From positions 124,001 to 188,000 of IMG/VR virus record IMGVR_UViG_3300008954_003475: DNA of 64,000 nt, one strand, 5' to 3'. Below the pieces are notes generated by a model. That model was not told the DNA's origin and searched no databases. It worked only from the letters and a program-made list of their open reading frames with translations. The position numbers and the translations under genes were made by a program. This document shows, in pieces, positions 49,501 through 58,531 of this stretch. How positions within the stretch are numbered: the first letter of the stretch is position 1; each line of letters starts with the position of its first letter.

Positions 49501-49911
49501 AAACGTAAAGTCTTCACGCACAATTCTCAGATCTAGATAATAATACTTAAGACTATCTGTGTCACTTATTATGTATTCAGGGATTGCATCATCAGGAGCC
49601 TCTCCGGTGGACGACTCAGCCCATCTTTCTACGTTGTTCTTATAGACAGCAGCAGCAGAAGAATCGCGAGAGCCCAAGTTGGCATGCTGCAACTGATCTT
49701 CTACATGATCTTGCAAATGAATCTTTTGAAGGTGACCATCAGCATGATCTCCATCGTGTACGTGTCCGCGCACACGTGGATCATTCGGATCTAATGATGC
49801 GGCCTCTCCCGAACCATATAGACCTCCAAAGATTGAATTTGCAAAATCAGATGTAACTACAGTAACTGTAGATTCAAACTTTGTAAGTGTTGCATCACTA
49901 TCTACTGACAT
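46534..49911 (-). CDS. tail fibre / adhesin-like protein with Gly-rich beta-solenoid repeats
   Basis: Dozens of S.(I/V)GGG..N repeats of 15-17 aa; AFRAG..W motif precedes the repeats. Confidence 0.75.
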   Translation of the reverse strand: MSVDSDATLTKFESTVTVVTSDFANSIFGGLYGSGEAASLDPNDPRVRGHVHDGDHADGHLQKIHLQDHVEDQLQHANLGSRDSSAAAVYKNNVERWAESSTGEAPDDAIPEYIISDTDSLKYYYLDLRIVREDFTFHEIESPSSAHTPHTTEGEHMLIRQRVEGSDGLWDADDGYDFVFGSESLESMHAGGGTEGNNRIIFDKSTAAFRAGSASGLQWDGTDTNSNRGSYSAAFGQNNTASGSHSVVSGGSANTASGNSSTVGGGTGNTASEASSTVGGGTGNTASEASSTVGGGGSNTASKLSSTVGGGSGNNALGNYSTVSGGQGNTVNVTHSAIGGGQGNSSGGDFGAIGGGSYNTADGYCSATAGGDSNDSDSDWAAVLGGQGNQANAAHASIGGGQSNIIDDSVGAKPDYSNIGGGYENKILDGSEYSVVAGGYQNDIGVDGLNQASSYSTVSGGRNNNVYGTSPYSVVGGGQGNNVYGTSTHSSVTGGQSNNVHEVSPHSSVTGGQQNNIYGASPHSVIGGGQTNSIYGASTHSVIGGGSSCYIESASTYSTIAGGQSNSISSQHSAIGGGQDNSISSQHSTVSGGESNSVGAYSSRAAISGGNNCGISGTNSNQSSSAFIGAGLNSAISMSASASIVGGSDCSITKGSFSVIAGGSLNVISNGATPSGYAAICSGQENKIKASTHSFVGAGQSNEIGETGDSAPFSFIGAGKNNYINKSQDGVIVGGDGNYLSDADQSFVGGGAGNYINNGAKMCFVGGGAGNYIDEASTKNSIVGGELNVIANSNHAFIGGGASNVIAQGTNFNSVLCGYKNTITANNHNCSILNGEGNTISLSLDTPANSTKHAIAYGAGARAHHFGMAAQSGMPFDIEAAAAAGEPATGAVTTMGGAPLMNCGAGSAQRSNFVARGHWSYTVDAPATVPNLGTVSSFGPHLDSNGLPFYELTADGAGTRLQLKTGHAYMFEVKGLLHCKAWKSGGGMQNATMFGAKGVFLPRLASEGGGVEVAHFTFFYYPTGAGGYPVTMGGTDPDAIGTSHDFSFIITHGPTDESASPPWTSSSASSFPDYPTVKFIIRENYNAGVYSPKPDGARPNLSSAVINVELIENGLYWDGNFDTLP
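49025..49135. repeat. 45-bp perfect coding tandem repeat, about 2.5 copies
   Basis: cctccgcctacagttgaagaagcttcggacgcagtatttcctgta at 49025 and 49070, partial copy at 49115; encodes SSTVGGGTGNTASEA. Confidence 0.95.
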
Positions 49912-49920
49912 TCCAATCCC

Positions 49921-50205
49921 TTAGTCTAACTTTTTAAAATGCTTTTTGATTTTATCACTAACCTTAAATTTTACAGACTTATAAGGTTTTAATACCATCT
50001 CCTCTTGTGTCTTTGGGTTTCTAACAGGACGCGAAGCGTGTGTGTACAAATAATACTTTCCAAACCCTACGATAGAAACTTCGCCATCTTCTTCTAATGA
50101 TTCAATAATTGTATCAATTAATGAATCAATAACCTGCAAAGCTTCTTTCTGAGACAAGAGAGTTTTTGCCGCGACCTTTTTTGCTAAATCTTTTTTATTT
50201 ACCAT
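49921..50205 (-). CDS. hup: HU/IHF family DNA-binding protein
   Basis: NKKDLAKKVA, VSIVGFGKY, RPVRNPKTQE, VKFK.S; start probably ATG 50205. Confidence 0.92.
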   Translation of the reverse strand: MVNKKDLAKKVAAKTLLSQKEALQVIDSLIDTIIESLEEDGEVSIVGFGKYYLYTHASRPVRNPKTQEEMVLKPYKSVKFKVSDKIKKHFKKLD

Positions 50206-50274
50206 ACTTATAACCCTTTTAAGCACAAGTGTGCATGCGTATATAACGATACAATCTCAAATATTAATAGTACA

Positions 50275-50487
50275 TTATATCATATCATCTTCGTCAAAAG
50301 ATCCTGCATGCTTCTTTGATTGCTCGTAATCAGCCTCCAGGTCTTCTCTTTTGTCAAAATAGTACCTATAGACTCTTGCTAAGTCAGACTCGTCCATTCC
50401 TGTCGGATCAATGCCGTAATTTTCATACATCTCATCAACTTTTTTTTTAATCTTTTCTACTTCTGTTAATGACACCGATCTCTCCAC
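50275..50487 (-). CDS. hypothetical protein
   Basis: 70-aa acidic ORF within the operon. Confidence 0.55.
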   Translation of the reverse strand: MERSVSLTEVEKIKKKVDEMYENYGIDPTGMDESDLARVYRYYFDKREDLEADYEQSKKHAGSFDEDDMI

Positions 50488-50496
50488 CTTCTACTC

Positions 50497-50877
50497 TCAA
50501 GAATTATCTGCCTTTTTAACTATATGTCTACATATATCAATCATGTCTTCTTTTGACATTTTTAGCTTTAATGCATTCACACAGTATGCGCACCATACAA
50601 CATTTCCTTTTACATAACCTAATTTTGGATTTACACAATCTAAAGACATCTTAAACGGATCATGCGTTCTATCTTTATTTTCTTTTACAATATTTAACTT
50701 TATATCAGAATAAAAACATCTTCCGTTTTGTACTTCAAATAAATCCATTATATACTCTTTTGTTATATCAAAAGATATATCTTTCTTTTTAGCCCTATTA
50801 CGAGCGTTTTGAACAGCTCTTCCAAACATAATGCTTGGATAGTCTAAACATTTTTGCCGCCAAACACCAACGCTCAT
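50497..50877 (-). CDS. HNH/His-Me-finger-like phage protein
   Basis: QNGRCFYS...SLDC....GYVKGNVVWC...N..K pattern. Confidence 0.7.
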   Translation of the reverse strand: MSVGVWRQKCLDYPSIMFGRAVQNARNRAKKKDISFDITKEYIMDLFEVQNGRCFYSDIKLNIVKENKDRTHDPFKMSLDCVNPKLGYVKGNVVWCAYCVNALKLKMSKEDMIDICRHIVKKADNS

Positions 50878-51128
50878 TCTTCCCCCAGGGGTTTGTTAAA
50901 CACATTAACCATTATCTTTTCGCCATTCTTTGCGGCAGCTGCCTTAGCAACCGTCCTAATAGCATTGGCTATGCGCCCTTGTTTTCCAATAACTTTTCCA
51001 ACATCATCTTTGCCGACCTTAACCTCAAAGAGCCGACCCTTGTCTGACTCTGCCTCTGTAACACTTACGGTATCTACATCATCTACGATGCTTGTAACCA
51101 TAGTCTTTATTAATGCTTCAATACTCAT
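50874..51128 (-). CDS. khpA: KhpA (UPF0109) single-KH RNA-binding protein
   Basis: IVDDVDTVSV..EVKVGKDDVGKVIGKQGRIANAIRTV with an intact GxxG loop; 84 aa. Confidence 0.9.
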   Translation of the reverse strand: MSIEALIKTMVTSIVDDVDTVSVTEAESDKGRLFEVKVGKDDVGKVIGKQGRIANAIRTVAKAAAAKNGEKIMVNVFNKPLGEE

Positions 51129-51129
51129 T

Positions 51130-51651
51130 TTATCTCTCCTCTATTTCAATAGAATGTAATAATCCTTCTTCTTTTCTTGGAATCAAGATCTCAAGAAGCC
51201 CATTTTCCATGGAAGCATCAGCTTTTGATAAGTCAAATGCAGGATTTATAAAATATTTTGTTTTAAAATTCCTTCTAGCAATACCACGAACTATTATACC
51301 ATGTTGAACTCCAATCTTTGGAGACTTAGCTGGATATTCATCTTCATCATCTTTTGTAATAAGACCAGAAGGCTCTGTAGTATCTACTTTAGATCCCAAC
51401 CCATTTATATGAAGTTCATTGTTTTTAATGGCAACCTCAACATCATTCGGAGAATATCCGGCTAAAGCAAAAGCCATATGAAAACCTTTATCATCACACC
51501 ACTGGTCACACCTTGGAAACTTTCCGGCAGATGAAACCTTTTTGTGAGAGGATATATCTCTAAAGAATTCATCATCTGACCATAAAAGGTCTAAAAGCCT
51601 GCCCGGTATAGATACTCTATTCAGTGTTTCTTTCATCATCTTTCTCTCCAT
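51130..51651 (-). CDS. Hsp20/alpha-crystallin small heat-shock protein
   Basis: ALAGYSPNDVEV, RGIARRNF, ASMENGLLEILIP. Confidence 0.9.
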   Translation of the reverse strand: MERKMMKETLNRVSIPGRLLDLLWSDDEFFRDISSHKKVSSAGKFPRCDQWCDDKGFHMAFALAGYSPNDVEVAIKNNELHINGLGSKVDTTEPSGLITKDDEDEYPAKSPKIGVQHGIIVRGIARRNFKTKYFINPAFDLSKADASMENGLLEILIPRKEEGLLHSIEIEER

Positions 51652-51949
51652 CTTCTAACATAGTGTCAAAGTAAAAACCAATTGCAAAAACCGCTTCTAC
51701 AATATTTGATATTGACCAACTAAACAAACTTGAAATCGAAGCTCCCCATAACGGATTTATATCCGAATAGAAAGAAGCTACTAGCCCAACCCAAAATCCA
51801 AGACACATTGGGCAATTAACCATCTTTCCTAAGAAGGTTGACTTTTCAGATACAAAATCTCTAACTGGCTCAAATATATCACTTGATGCAAGTATTGTCG
51901 TTAGACCTGCGCATCCAAATATAAAAACAATTAAATCAACTATATTCAT
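51617..51949 (-). CDS. DUF1360-like membrane protein
   Basis: Hydrophobic helices with IFEPVR and CPMCLGFW. Confidence 0.7.
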   Translation of the reverse strand: MNIVDLIVFIFGCAGLTTILASSDIFEPVRDFVSEKSTFLGKMVNCPMCLGFWVGLVASFYSDINPLWGASISSLFSWSISNIVEAVFAIGFYFDTMLEDGEKDDERNTE

Positions 51950-52029
51950 ATATAACTCCGACTAATTTATATATACTTAAAAAACGTATTAATATCAATT
52001 AATTTTTAAGTATACAAGCATTAAACATC

Positions 52030-52058
52030 CTTATAAATAATCTAAATATTTATGTCAA
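52030..52058 (-). promoter_or_regulatory. sigma-70 consensus promoter
   Basis: Minus strand TTGACA-17 nt-TATAAG upstream of the DUF1360/Hsp20/KhpA/HU genes. Confidence 0.8.
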
Positions 52059-52101
52059 GCTTTTGCCCGGAATTTTCTCGTAAAAAGCAGAGAAACAAAC
52101 A

Positions 52102-52800
52102 CTATTTAGAATTACGGTAAGCGGCCACAGAGATAGGCCATAAATCTGTGGCTATATCCAGACAAGCTTTAGCCACCTGCTGAATCTCCCACTGTGCCCC
52201 TTCATGCGTCCTAAGATCAATAAACTTCAAAAGATTATTAAGATTTGTTGTCCCATAATACTCAGTATACATATTCTGCGGAAGAACCCCTCTAGCCTGC
52301 TCTCTGCAAACGCCAGCTTCAATCAGCCTGTTATATAGCTTAATACTTATATCATTGTGCAGCCTAACAGCCTCCGACGCGACCTGCGCTGAATATGTAT
52401 CTCTCGGATAGCTAACCAACGGATTGATGAGGTCACTCTCAACACTTGCCTGCCTATTTGATTTATGCTGTGTTCTGAATTCTTTTGGCTCATAAAATTT
52501 AATATTTATATTGGTATACCTTCTGGATATCTCATTAAATGACCAAGTTCTGTGTCTATGATGTTGGCTGCGAATAAACAAAGGAACACGAAAACGAAAG
52601 GTAACAACATTATGTTCTAAGGTAGAAGTATGTTTGTTCTTAATCAAGTAACCAATAAGCTTCTCGTCCTTAGCGTCAAGTGTATTCTTTTGTTCTCCAA
52701 AAGAAACCCTTGCGCTGTTTACAACAGTAAGGTCGCTACCCATATAATCAACAAGCTCTACCTTGCCAATCCCATCATTATACAGATCAATCCTCGCCAC
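52102..52800 (-). CDS. thyX: FAD-dependent thymidylate synthase
   Basis: ARVSF, HTSTLEH, RHRTWSFNEISRRY, EQARGVLP, LR....AQWEI. Confidence 0.95.
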   Translation of the reverse strand: MARIDLYNDGIGKVELVDYMGSDLTVVNSARVSFGEQKNTLDAKDEKLIGYLIKNKHTSTLEHNVVTFRFRVPLFIRSQHHRHRTWSFNEISRRYTNINIKFYEPKEFRTQHKSNRQASVESDLINPLVSYPRDTYSAQVASEAVRLHNDISIKLYNRLIEAGVCREQARGVLPQNMYTEYYGTTNLNNLLKFIDLRTHEGAQWEIQQVAKACLDIATDLWPISVAAYRNSK

Positions 52801-53998
52801 GCTCTCCCCTTCCGGTACAGGTCAAGAACAACTGTCGTTGTTCATCAAACATAATATTTGCAGCCTCCGTAACGTCTTTCGCCGTTACACTTTCCAGACT
52901 CTTCATATAATCCTCTATATCTGGGAGGCCAAAAAGCTTTCGCTTAACCGCCCAATAACAAAGACTATAGCTATCTTCCATGGCAGAATAAAATGATGAT
53001 CTCATTTTATTTTTGGCTCGCTGCACTTCTTCTTCCGTTGGTAATTCTATTTTAATCCTAGACAACTCGGTGTCCACAGTTTCAACTGCTTCCTGAACAT
53101 TGTCTTGTCTTGTTGATAGCTCTATCAAACTTAATGCTCCATGCTGCCAATCGTTATAAGCCGTAGACACTCCATACACTAAGCCGCGCTTCTCCCTGAC
53201 CTCTGTGAACAGCCTACAGTCCATCCCTCGTCCCATAATGGTCATAAGCACCTGTATAGCCCCCTCATGTTCAGAGGCTGTGTTTGCCGCTGGCATACCC
53301 ATCCATACATAAGTATGTTCTATACCATCCTTTGCAAGCTCTAAATATCTGCTTTCATCATAAGTCGTATCTTTAAAATTATATGATCTCTTTATTTTTC
53401 CATTTGGCTTTCCAAAATATTTTCTAAGCAATTCCTTTGATTGCTTTTTATTTAAATTACTACAAAGAGAAACAACAGCATCTTTTCTTTGACAGAATTG
53501 AGAATGGAATCTTCTTACTTCATCACAAGTAAACTCTTCAATGCTTTCTTGAGTTCCAATAACAGGTATCTGAATATAATTATCAAAGAAGTTCTTTGAA
53601 AAGTTTTGCCAAATAAACATCATTGGATCATCACCTGATGAAATCTCTTCCTCCTTAACTACTTCTTTTTCCTTTAAAAACTCTTCCTCTGGAAAGATTG
53701 GATTGAAAACCATATCAGAAAGAATTTCTATACAGGGTTCTAGATTTTCATACGGAACGGTTATGTAATATGCAACAGATTCATGTGAAGTAAAAGCATT
53801 TGAATGACCTCCAAGAAAAGCTATCTCTCTTTGCAGTTGCACACTGTCTCTTTTCGCTGTGCCTTTAAACAAAGAATGCTCAAGCATATGGGCCATGCCT
53901 GAGCTATATCCGCCAATGGGTTCAACTCTTGAACCAGCATTGAAAGCAACCATTATCGTTGCTAATCTACTATGTGTCTTAGAGGTTACATGAATCAT
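52787..53998 (-). CDS. M16 family zinc peptidase
   Basis: AGS, HMLEH (HxxEH), NAFT, EKEVVKEE, RLFTEVREKRGLVY; start moved to ATG 53998 (AGGAGG RBS). Confidence 0.92.
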   Translation of the reverse strand: MIHVTSKTHSRLATIMVAFNAGSRVEPIGGYSSGMAHMLEHSLFKGTAKRDSVQLQREIAFLGGHSNAFTSHESVAYYITVPYENLEPCIEILSDMVFNPIFPEEEFLKEKEVVKEEEISSGDDPMMFIWQNFSKNFFDNYIQIPVIGTQESIEEFTCDEVRRFHSQFCQRKDAVVSLCSNLNKKQSKELLRKYFGKPNGKIKRSYNFKDTTYDESRYLELAKDGIEHTYVWMGMPAANTASEHEGAIQVLMTIMGRGMDCRLFTEVREKRGLVYGVSTAYNDWQHGALSLIELSTRQDNVQEAVETVDTELSRIKIELPTEEEVQRAKNKMRSSFYSAMEDSYSLCYWAVKRKLFGLPDIEDYMKSLESVTAKDVTEAANIMFDEQRQLFLTCTGRGERGED

Positions 53999-54016
53999 TA
54001 ACCGCCTCCTTAAGAT

Positions 54017-54051
54017 AAAAAAAGGGTGGAGACATTGTGTCTCCACCCTTT
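54017..54051 (-). terminator. rho-independent terminator
   Basis: aaagggtggagaca-ttg-tgtctccacccttt with a T run on the minus strand, directly after the VWA gene. Confidence 0.85.
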
Positions 54052-54054
54052 ATA

Positions 54055-55197
54055 CTACCGATTTTTTTGTTCAATAACTACTTTCTTTCCATACGGAAAC
54101 TCTACATCCTTATCTTGGTCACAGACTGCCCACAAGACTCTTGTTTTAGGTCTATCTGGAAACGGAGCGTAACCATCTGTAAATACAACCAGACCGTCAT
54201 ACTTCTTTTCGTCTGCTAACTCAATCACAGGATGAAAGCAAGTCCCGCCTCGACCCTTTATATCAATCTTTCTTGCTTTCTTACCGAAAGGTTCAGGGTC
54301 GCCATAGATTTGAGTATCGAACTGAACAAAGTCCACTTTTACATGGTCAATCATTCCATTTAACTCAGTAGCAAAATACTCAAGCTGTGTATCAGATACA
54401 GAACCTGATGTATCGAAGGCCACTAGCAGCTTGCTAGTATAGTTTCTCTTTGTGCCTGGAGAGGCAATACCATAGCGCCTATTAGGACGCATACGGGTAT
54501 GCTTCCGACCCATAAGAATCAACTTATTAATAAACCATCTAACTTCCTTTTTCCAATTAACAATTGGCTTATTAGCGGCAATAATCTGTGCAGCAAGGTT
54601 TCCGGCAATATTGCCCCAGCCCTTCTTCTCCTGCTCTTTAATCGCCTTTTCTGCAATGTTTCTAATCTTTTCTTCTACAATATCATCATCGAATTCATCC
54701 CACATAGAATGGTCGTCAACAGTATCTCCTTTGCCCTCAATAAGAGTATCGAAGTCTTTGCCTTCGCCTTCACACTCTTTCTTCAACTTCTCGTAATACC
54801 ATTCCGAAGATTGATTAGACTCCAAGTTGAACTGATGCGGATACAAAGCACCTTCTGGAAGGCCCTCAATATGACAATTGATAGCACAGTCAGCTGCAAT
54901 ATTGTATCCTCGCGGATTATATGCAAAGTGCTTTGCGCGTGTAAGATGATGAAGCAAAATATGCAAAGCCTCATGCTTCAATACACTACGCAACTCTGTT
55001 GGAGACAGAGTGTCAATAAAGTCTGGATTATAATACAAGGCTAAGTCAACCCTGCGAATAACTCCAACCGCCAAAGTCGGAACCTTCTTTGTTTCCTTTT
55101 TATTCAAATGGAGGAAAACCTCTCCATACAAAGGCTGGAATGTTACGAGTTTAGAAATCGCTGATTCTAGCCTATTTTTCACTTGGGTATTAGCCAT
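54055..55197 (-). CDS. DUF2201-type metallopeptidase plus VWA domain protein
   Basis: HEALH, NIAAD.AIN, DDH..W, MIDAS DTSGS, GRGGT, FTDG. Confidence 0.9.
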   Translation of the reverse strand: MANTQVKNRLESAISKLVTFQPLYGEVFLHLNKKETKKVPTLAVGVIRRVDLALYYNPDFIDTLSPTELRSVLKHEALHILLHHLTRAKHFAYNPRGYNIAADCAINCHIEGLPEGALYPHQFNLESNQSSEWYYEKLKKECEGEGKDFDTLIEGKGDTVDDHSMWDEFDDDIVEEKIRNIAEKAIKEQEKKGWGNIAGNLAAQIIAANKPIVNWKKEVRWFINKLILMGRKHTRMRPNRRYGIASPGTKRNYTSKLLVAFDTSGSVSDTQLEYFATELNGMIDHVKVDFVQFDTQIYGDPEPFGKKARKIDIKGRGGTCFHPVIELADEKKYDGLVVFTDGYAPFPDRPKTRVLWAVCDQDKDVEFPYGKKVVIEQKNR

Positions 55198-55263
55198 AAT
55201 ATCCTCCTAAAGACTTGAGACACCTGATTCCCTGTGCCTCCCTGTGGGGATGAAGTTTTGTGC

Positions 55264-56340
55264 TTAAGAAGAAAGGTAAATCTTCTTCAAGTGCTCACGG
55301 AAATCTTCATCATTCTGCCATTCCATAACAATCTTCTTGCTCTTTTGACCGCCAAGAAGTCCGACCCAAGCCTGCGATGCAACATCACAAGGAAGCATCA
55401 TAAAGAATTCTCTCAAATTCTTCCGCTGCTTTTCCTTAGTCTTAGTCAAAGACCGTTCGTTAACCTCTGCAACAACAGAGCGAGAAAGAGCCGCGACAAC
55501 CTCAATGTCATTACATGCGGCTTCAACCTTATCCTTCACCTTCTCAAAGCTGTCAAGAATATCGGAAGGACGCAGTTGAGAGAATTCGTTAGTCAGAAAC
55601 TTCTGAAACATAACAGCAATCTCTCTGCCTACCCAACCCTTTGTAACCTGAGTTAGCATACCATCATCAGTCCGCGAGTCAAGCCCCATTCCAATAAGAG
55701 TATCACTGAAGGCAACCCAACTTCTACGAGAAGGATAAATCCTTCCTGCTTCGAGGTTTCCAACAGGAGGGTCTAGCAGGTTTTGATTGCGGTTAATAAA
55801 CTCTACCACAGCCTCATGCACATCGGTTGCTCTGGCCCATTCCATCCACTCATTAGCAGAAGGGTCAAAGTCAATATGAAACCACCTATCATGCAAAGCT
55901 GGGTCTAGCTCAACAACATCGTAATCATCATCGGAGTTAACCGCAGCTACAACGCGCCAACCATCCGGCAGCCTTTCTCCGTCCAAACGTCGGTCTAGAC
56001 AGATTTCGAACACAGCTTGCAGTACATCCTTTGATGCTCGATTCAATTCATCAAAGAACAAGATTCCTTGACTACCCTGTGCCCGAGGCCACCACTCTTG
56101 CTTAAGAAAGCGAGTAATGTTTTCTTTAGCATCGAGATATGGCATACCCTTAATGTCGCCAACCTCACACTGTGAAAGGCGAACGTCCCAAAAACCACAA
56201 GGCTTTCCGCTCGCTTCCTCAATTTCTTCTGCAACCTGACGAACAACAGAGGACTTGCCAACACCATGCTTCGCATGAAGCATGATAGACTTATCCATCG
56301 GCATTGTTTTCAGAATTTCCTTAGTCTGATCAATATTCAT
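55264..56340 (-). CDS. MoxR-like AAA+ ATPase
   Basis: HGVGKS, FFDELNRA, AAVN, DPALHDR, PSRRSW; paired with the VWA gene. Confidence 0.9.
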   Translation of the reverse strand: MNIDQTKEILKTMPMDKSIMLHAKHGVGKSSVVRQVAEEIEEASGKPCGFWDVRLSQCEVGDIKGMPYLDAKENITRFLKQEWWPRAQGSQGILFFDELNRASKDVLQAVFEICLDRRLDGERLPDGWRVVAAVNSDDDYDVVELDPALHDRWFHIDFDPSANEWMEWARATDVHEAVVEFINRNQNLLDPPVGNLEAGRIYPSRRSWVAFSDTLIGMGLDSRTDDGMLTQVTKGWVGREIAVMFQKFLTNEFSQLRPSDILDSFEKVKDKVEAACNDIEVVAALSRSVVAEVNERSLTKTKEKQRKNLREFFMMLPCDVASQAWVGLLGGQKSKKIVMEWQNDEDFREHLKKIYLSS

Positions 56341-56433
56341 TTTTTCTCCTTTTCAATAAGAAAGCAACTTTATGGAGAATTATCCCCACACCAATCCATA
56401 GTTGATGTAAAATCATAATTAAAAAATATTACC

Positions 56434-56799
56434 TCACCCTTCATCTGAGATATTAGATGATTCATCTGGAAGATCTGATATAGCTTCTTTGATACCAGTT
56501 AATCTTTCCTTAAAGTTTTTCAGAGATCCAACCAACTCTTGCAAGGAGTCTGCGTCATACCCTGCCGTATCTGTTGCATCTGTTGCACCTGACACACCCC
56601 CTGTCATTTGTGGTGTTAGAAAGGTGGACAACGTATCCTTTATAGAGCTAAGACCATCTGCACCAAACAAACCATCTTCGCCATCCATCAAGCTATCAGC
56701 AAAGCTTGTAGCTTCTTCAAACCTCGTCTCTATATTGGACAGCCTTTCTTCAATTGAAGAAAGTTTATCTAAAACTTCTTTTTGAAATGTCTTTGACAT
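56434..56799 (-). CDS. hypothetical coiled-coil protein
   Basis: 121-aa ORF; AGGAG RBS. Confidence 0.6.
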   Translation of the reverse strand: MSKTFQKEVLDKLSSIEERLSNIETRFEEATSFADSLMDGEDGLFGADGLSSIKDTLSTFLTPQMTGGVSGATDATDTAGYDADSLQELVGSLKNFKERLTGIKEAISDLPDESSNISDEG

Positions 56800-56810
56800 A
56801 TTATATACTC

Positions 56811-57911
56811 CTATTTCTTTGTTCCAAAAGCATGTGATTCCTCTAACGCAGAAGGCGTCAATCTTACGAAAAGAGAATTCTCTCTTAAACTATTTATACT
56901 TAATGCGTTTGCATAAGTCATGGCCGACCTTAGCCCTCCGCAAAACTCTTCTAATATATAGTAAGCCTTGCCTTTCAATGGAACATATGTCGAAACACCC
57001 TCTGCGCAGGTCCCCGGTCTTAACCCGCCTCTTCTGTCATCTTGAACTTCTTTAGACGCCATTCCTCGATATACTTTCATACTCTTTCCTTCTATGACAG
57101 CAATCTCTCCCGGTGACTCTAATGTTCCCGCAAAAATCCTACCAGCCATTACCGCATCTGCTCCGGCAGCAATGCTCTTAACTAAGTCTGCTGGATACCT
57201 TATTCCTCCATCTGCAATAATAGATACATTAGAAAGATTAGAGTCTGCCAATTTAGCCTTATAGCAATCCACAACAGATGCCAAGGTAGGGATGCCAACG
57301 CCAGTCATAATTCTTGTCTTACAAATAGAGCCACCACCGATGCCCACTCTTATCGCATCTGCCCCGGCATTGGCAAGAAAACGAAAGCCCTCCCCTGTGG
57401 CAACATTCCCAACCAACAGTGGCAACTCTCCATTGGTTTCCTGCTTAATCCAATCAATCATATCTCTCATTATAGAAGAATAACCATTAGCTACGTCTAT
57501 AGCGATCCAATCTATATCTTTCATAAACAAATTATAAAGAGTTCTAAATCTTTGCTTTTCTTCCTTGCCTATCCCAATGGCTATAGCAACCGGAGAATAA
57601 CCATCATCCGTATTCGTATTGTTATATTCAACTATATGCTTTAGTTCTCCAGCTTGTTCCGAAGGAGACATAAATCTGTGAACAATGCCCATAGCGCCTC
57701 GCCTACCGAGAGACAGGGCCATTTCAGAGCCTGTAACAGTATCCATTGGAGAGGATATTATCGGAACATTCAAAGTGAATGGACCTAATTTAGATGCCAA
57801 ATTCGGATCAAGCCTAGACTTTACTGTTGAGTATCTAGGAACCAACATTACATCATCAAAGGATGGCGGCTCTCCAGATTCATTTAAAGATAAGGGTGTC
57901 CATGTTTTCAT
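56811..57911 (-). CDS. guaB: IMP dehydrogenase / GMP reductase family, CBS-less
   Basis: [31 protein letters not shown] (catalytic Cys), IADGGI, YRGMAS, AEGV. Confidence 0.88.
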   Translation of the reverse strand: MKTWTPLSLNESGEPPSFDDVMLVPRYSTVKSRLDPNLASKLGPFTLNVPIISSPMDTVTGSEMALSLGRRGAMGIVHRFMSPSEQAGELKHIVEYNNTNTDDGYSPVAIAIGIGKEEKQRFRTLYNLFMKDIDWIAIDVANGYSSIMRDMIDWIKQETNGELPLLVGNVATGEGFRFLANAGADAIRVGIGGGSICKTRIMTGVGIPTLASVVDCYKAKLADSNLSNVSIIADGGIRYPADLVKSIAAGADAVMAGRIFAGTLESPGEIAVIEGKSMKVYRGMASKEVQDDRRGGLRPGTCAEGVSTYVPLKGKAYYILEEFCGGLRSAMTYANALSINSLRENSLFVRLTPSALEESHAFGTKK

Positions 57912-58531
57912 CGTTGTGCCTCATAATATTCTTGAAATGCATCGGCAAAATCTTCTGTATCAGAAGGCCAATATCTAGCTATACACATCCTGTCCCACCA
58001 GTAATGGGACATTTCATGAGCAAGTAATGCATCATTAATGTCGGAGTTTATATTTGCCACTAATAAAACCGAATTCTTTTCAATTTCCAACGTAGAATCG
58101 TAATACCCCCAAAGAACTGTGCTTTTTATACCAGACTCTACAAAGTAATCCGAAAATCTGCCTCTATCATAAAGCACACTTCTATCTACAACAAAGATAT
58201 GTATATTATAATTCTCTCTACAATCTCTATATGGAATATCTTTTGCTCTAAGAAATTGTTTCAATACAGTCCAAGAGTCTTTCATAATATACTTTACATG
58301 CTGCGGACTATGATGAACATACAAAGATTTATCAACACCTCTATCGGAAGCTTGATAAGACAATGTAAACTCAACACTCCTATCTGACAACTGTATATCA
58401 CCACTCTCTTGTTCTACAGTTTGTATGTCAGATAGAAAACTCGGCTTGTATGCATCAGCATAACAAAGGGTTGGAATTATTAATGTAGCTAATAAATAAC
58501 TAGCGCTCTTTAATCTTGAAGTTACGTTCAT
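57908..58531 (-). CDS. exported HExxH metalloprotease-like protein
   Basis: Signal-peptide-like N-terminus (RLKSASYLLATLIIPTLCYA), WGYY, LAHEMSHYWW, EDFA; start probably ATG 58531. Confidence 0.65.
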   Translation of the reverse strand: MNVTSRLKSASYLLATLIIPTLCYADAYKPSFLSDIQTVEQESGDIQLSDRSVEFTLSYQASDRGVDKSLYVHHSPQHVKYIMKDSWTVLKQFLRAKDIPYRDCRENYNIHIFVVDRSVLYDRGRFSDYFVESGIKSTVLWGYYDSTLEIEKNSVLLVANINSDINDALLAHEMSHYWWDRMCIARYWPSDTEDFADAFQEYYEAQR

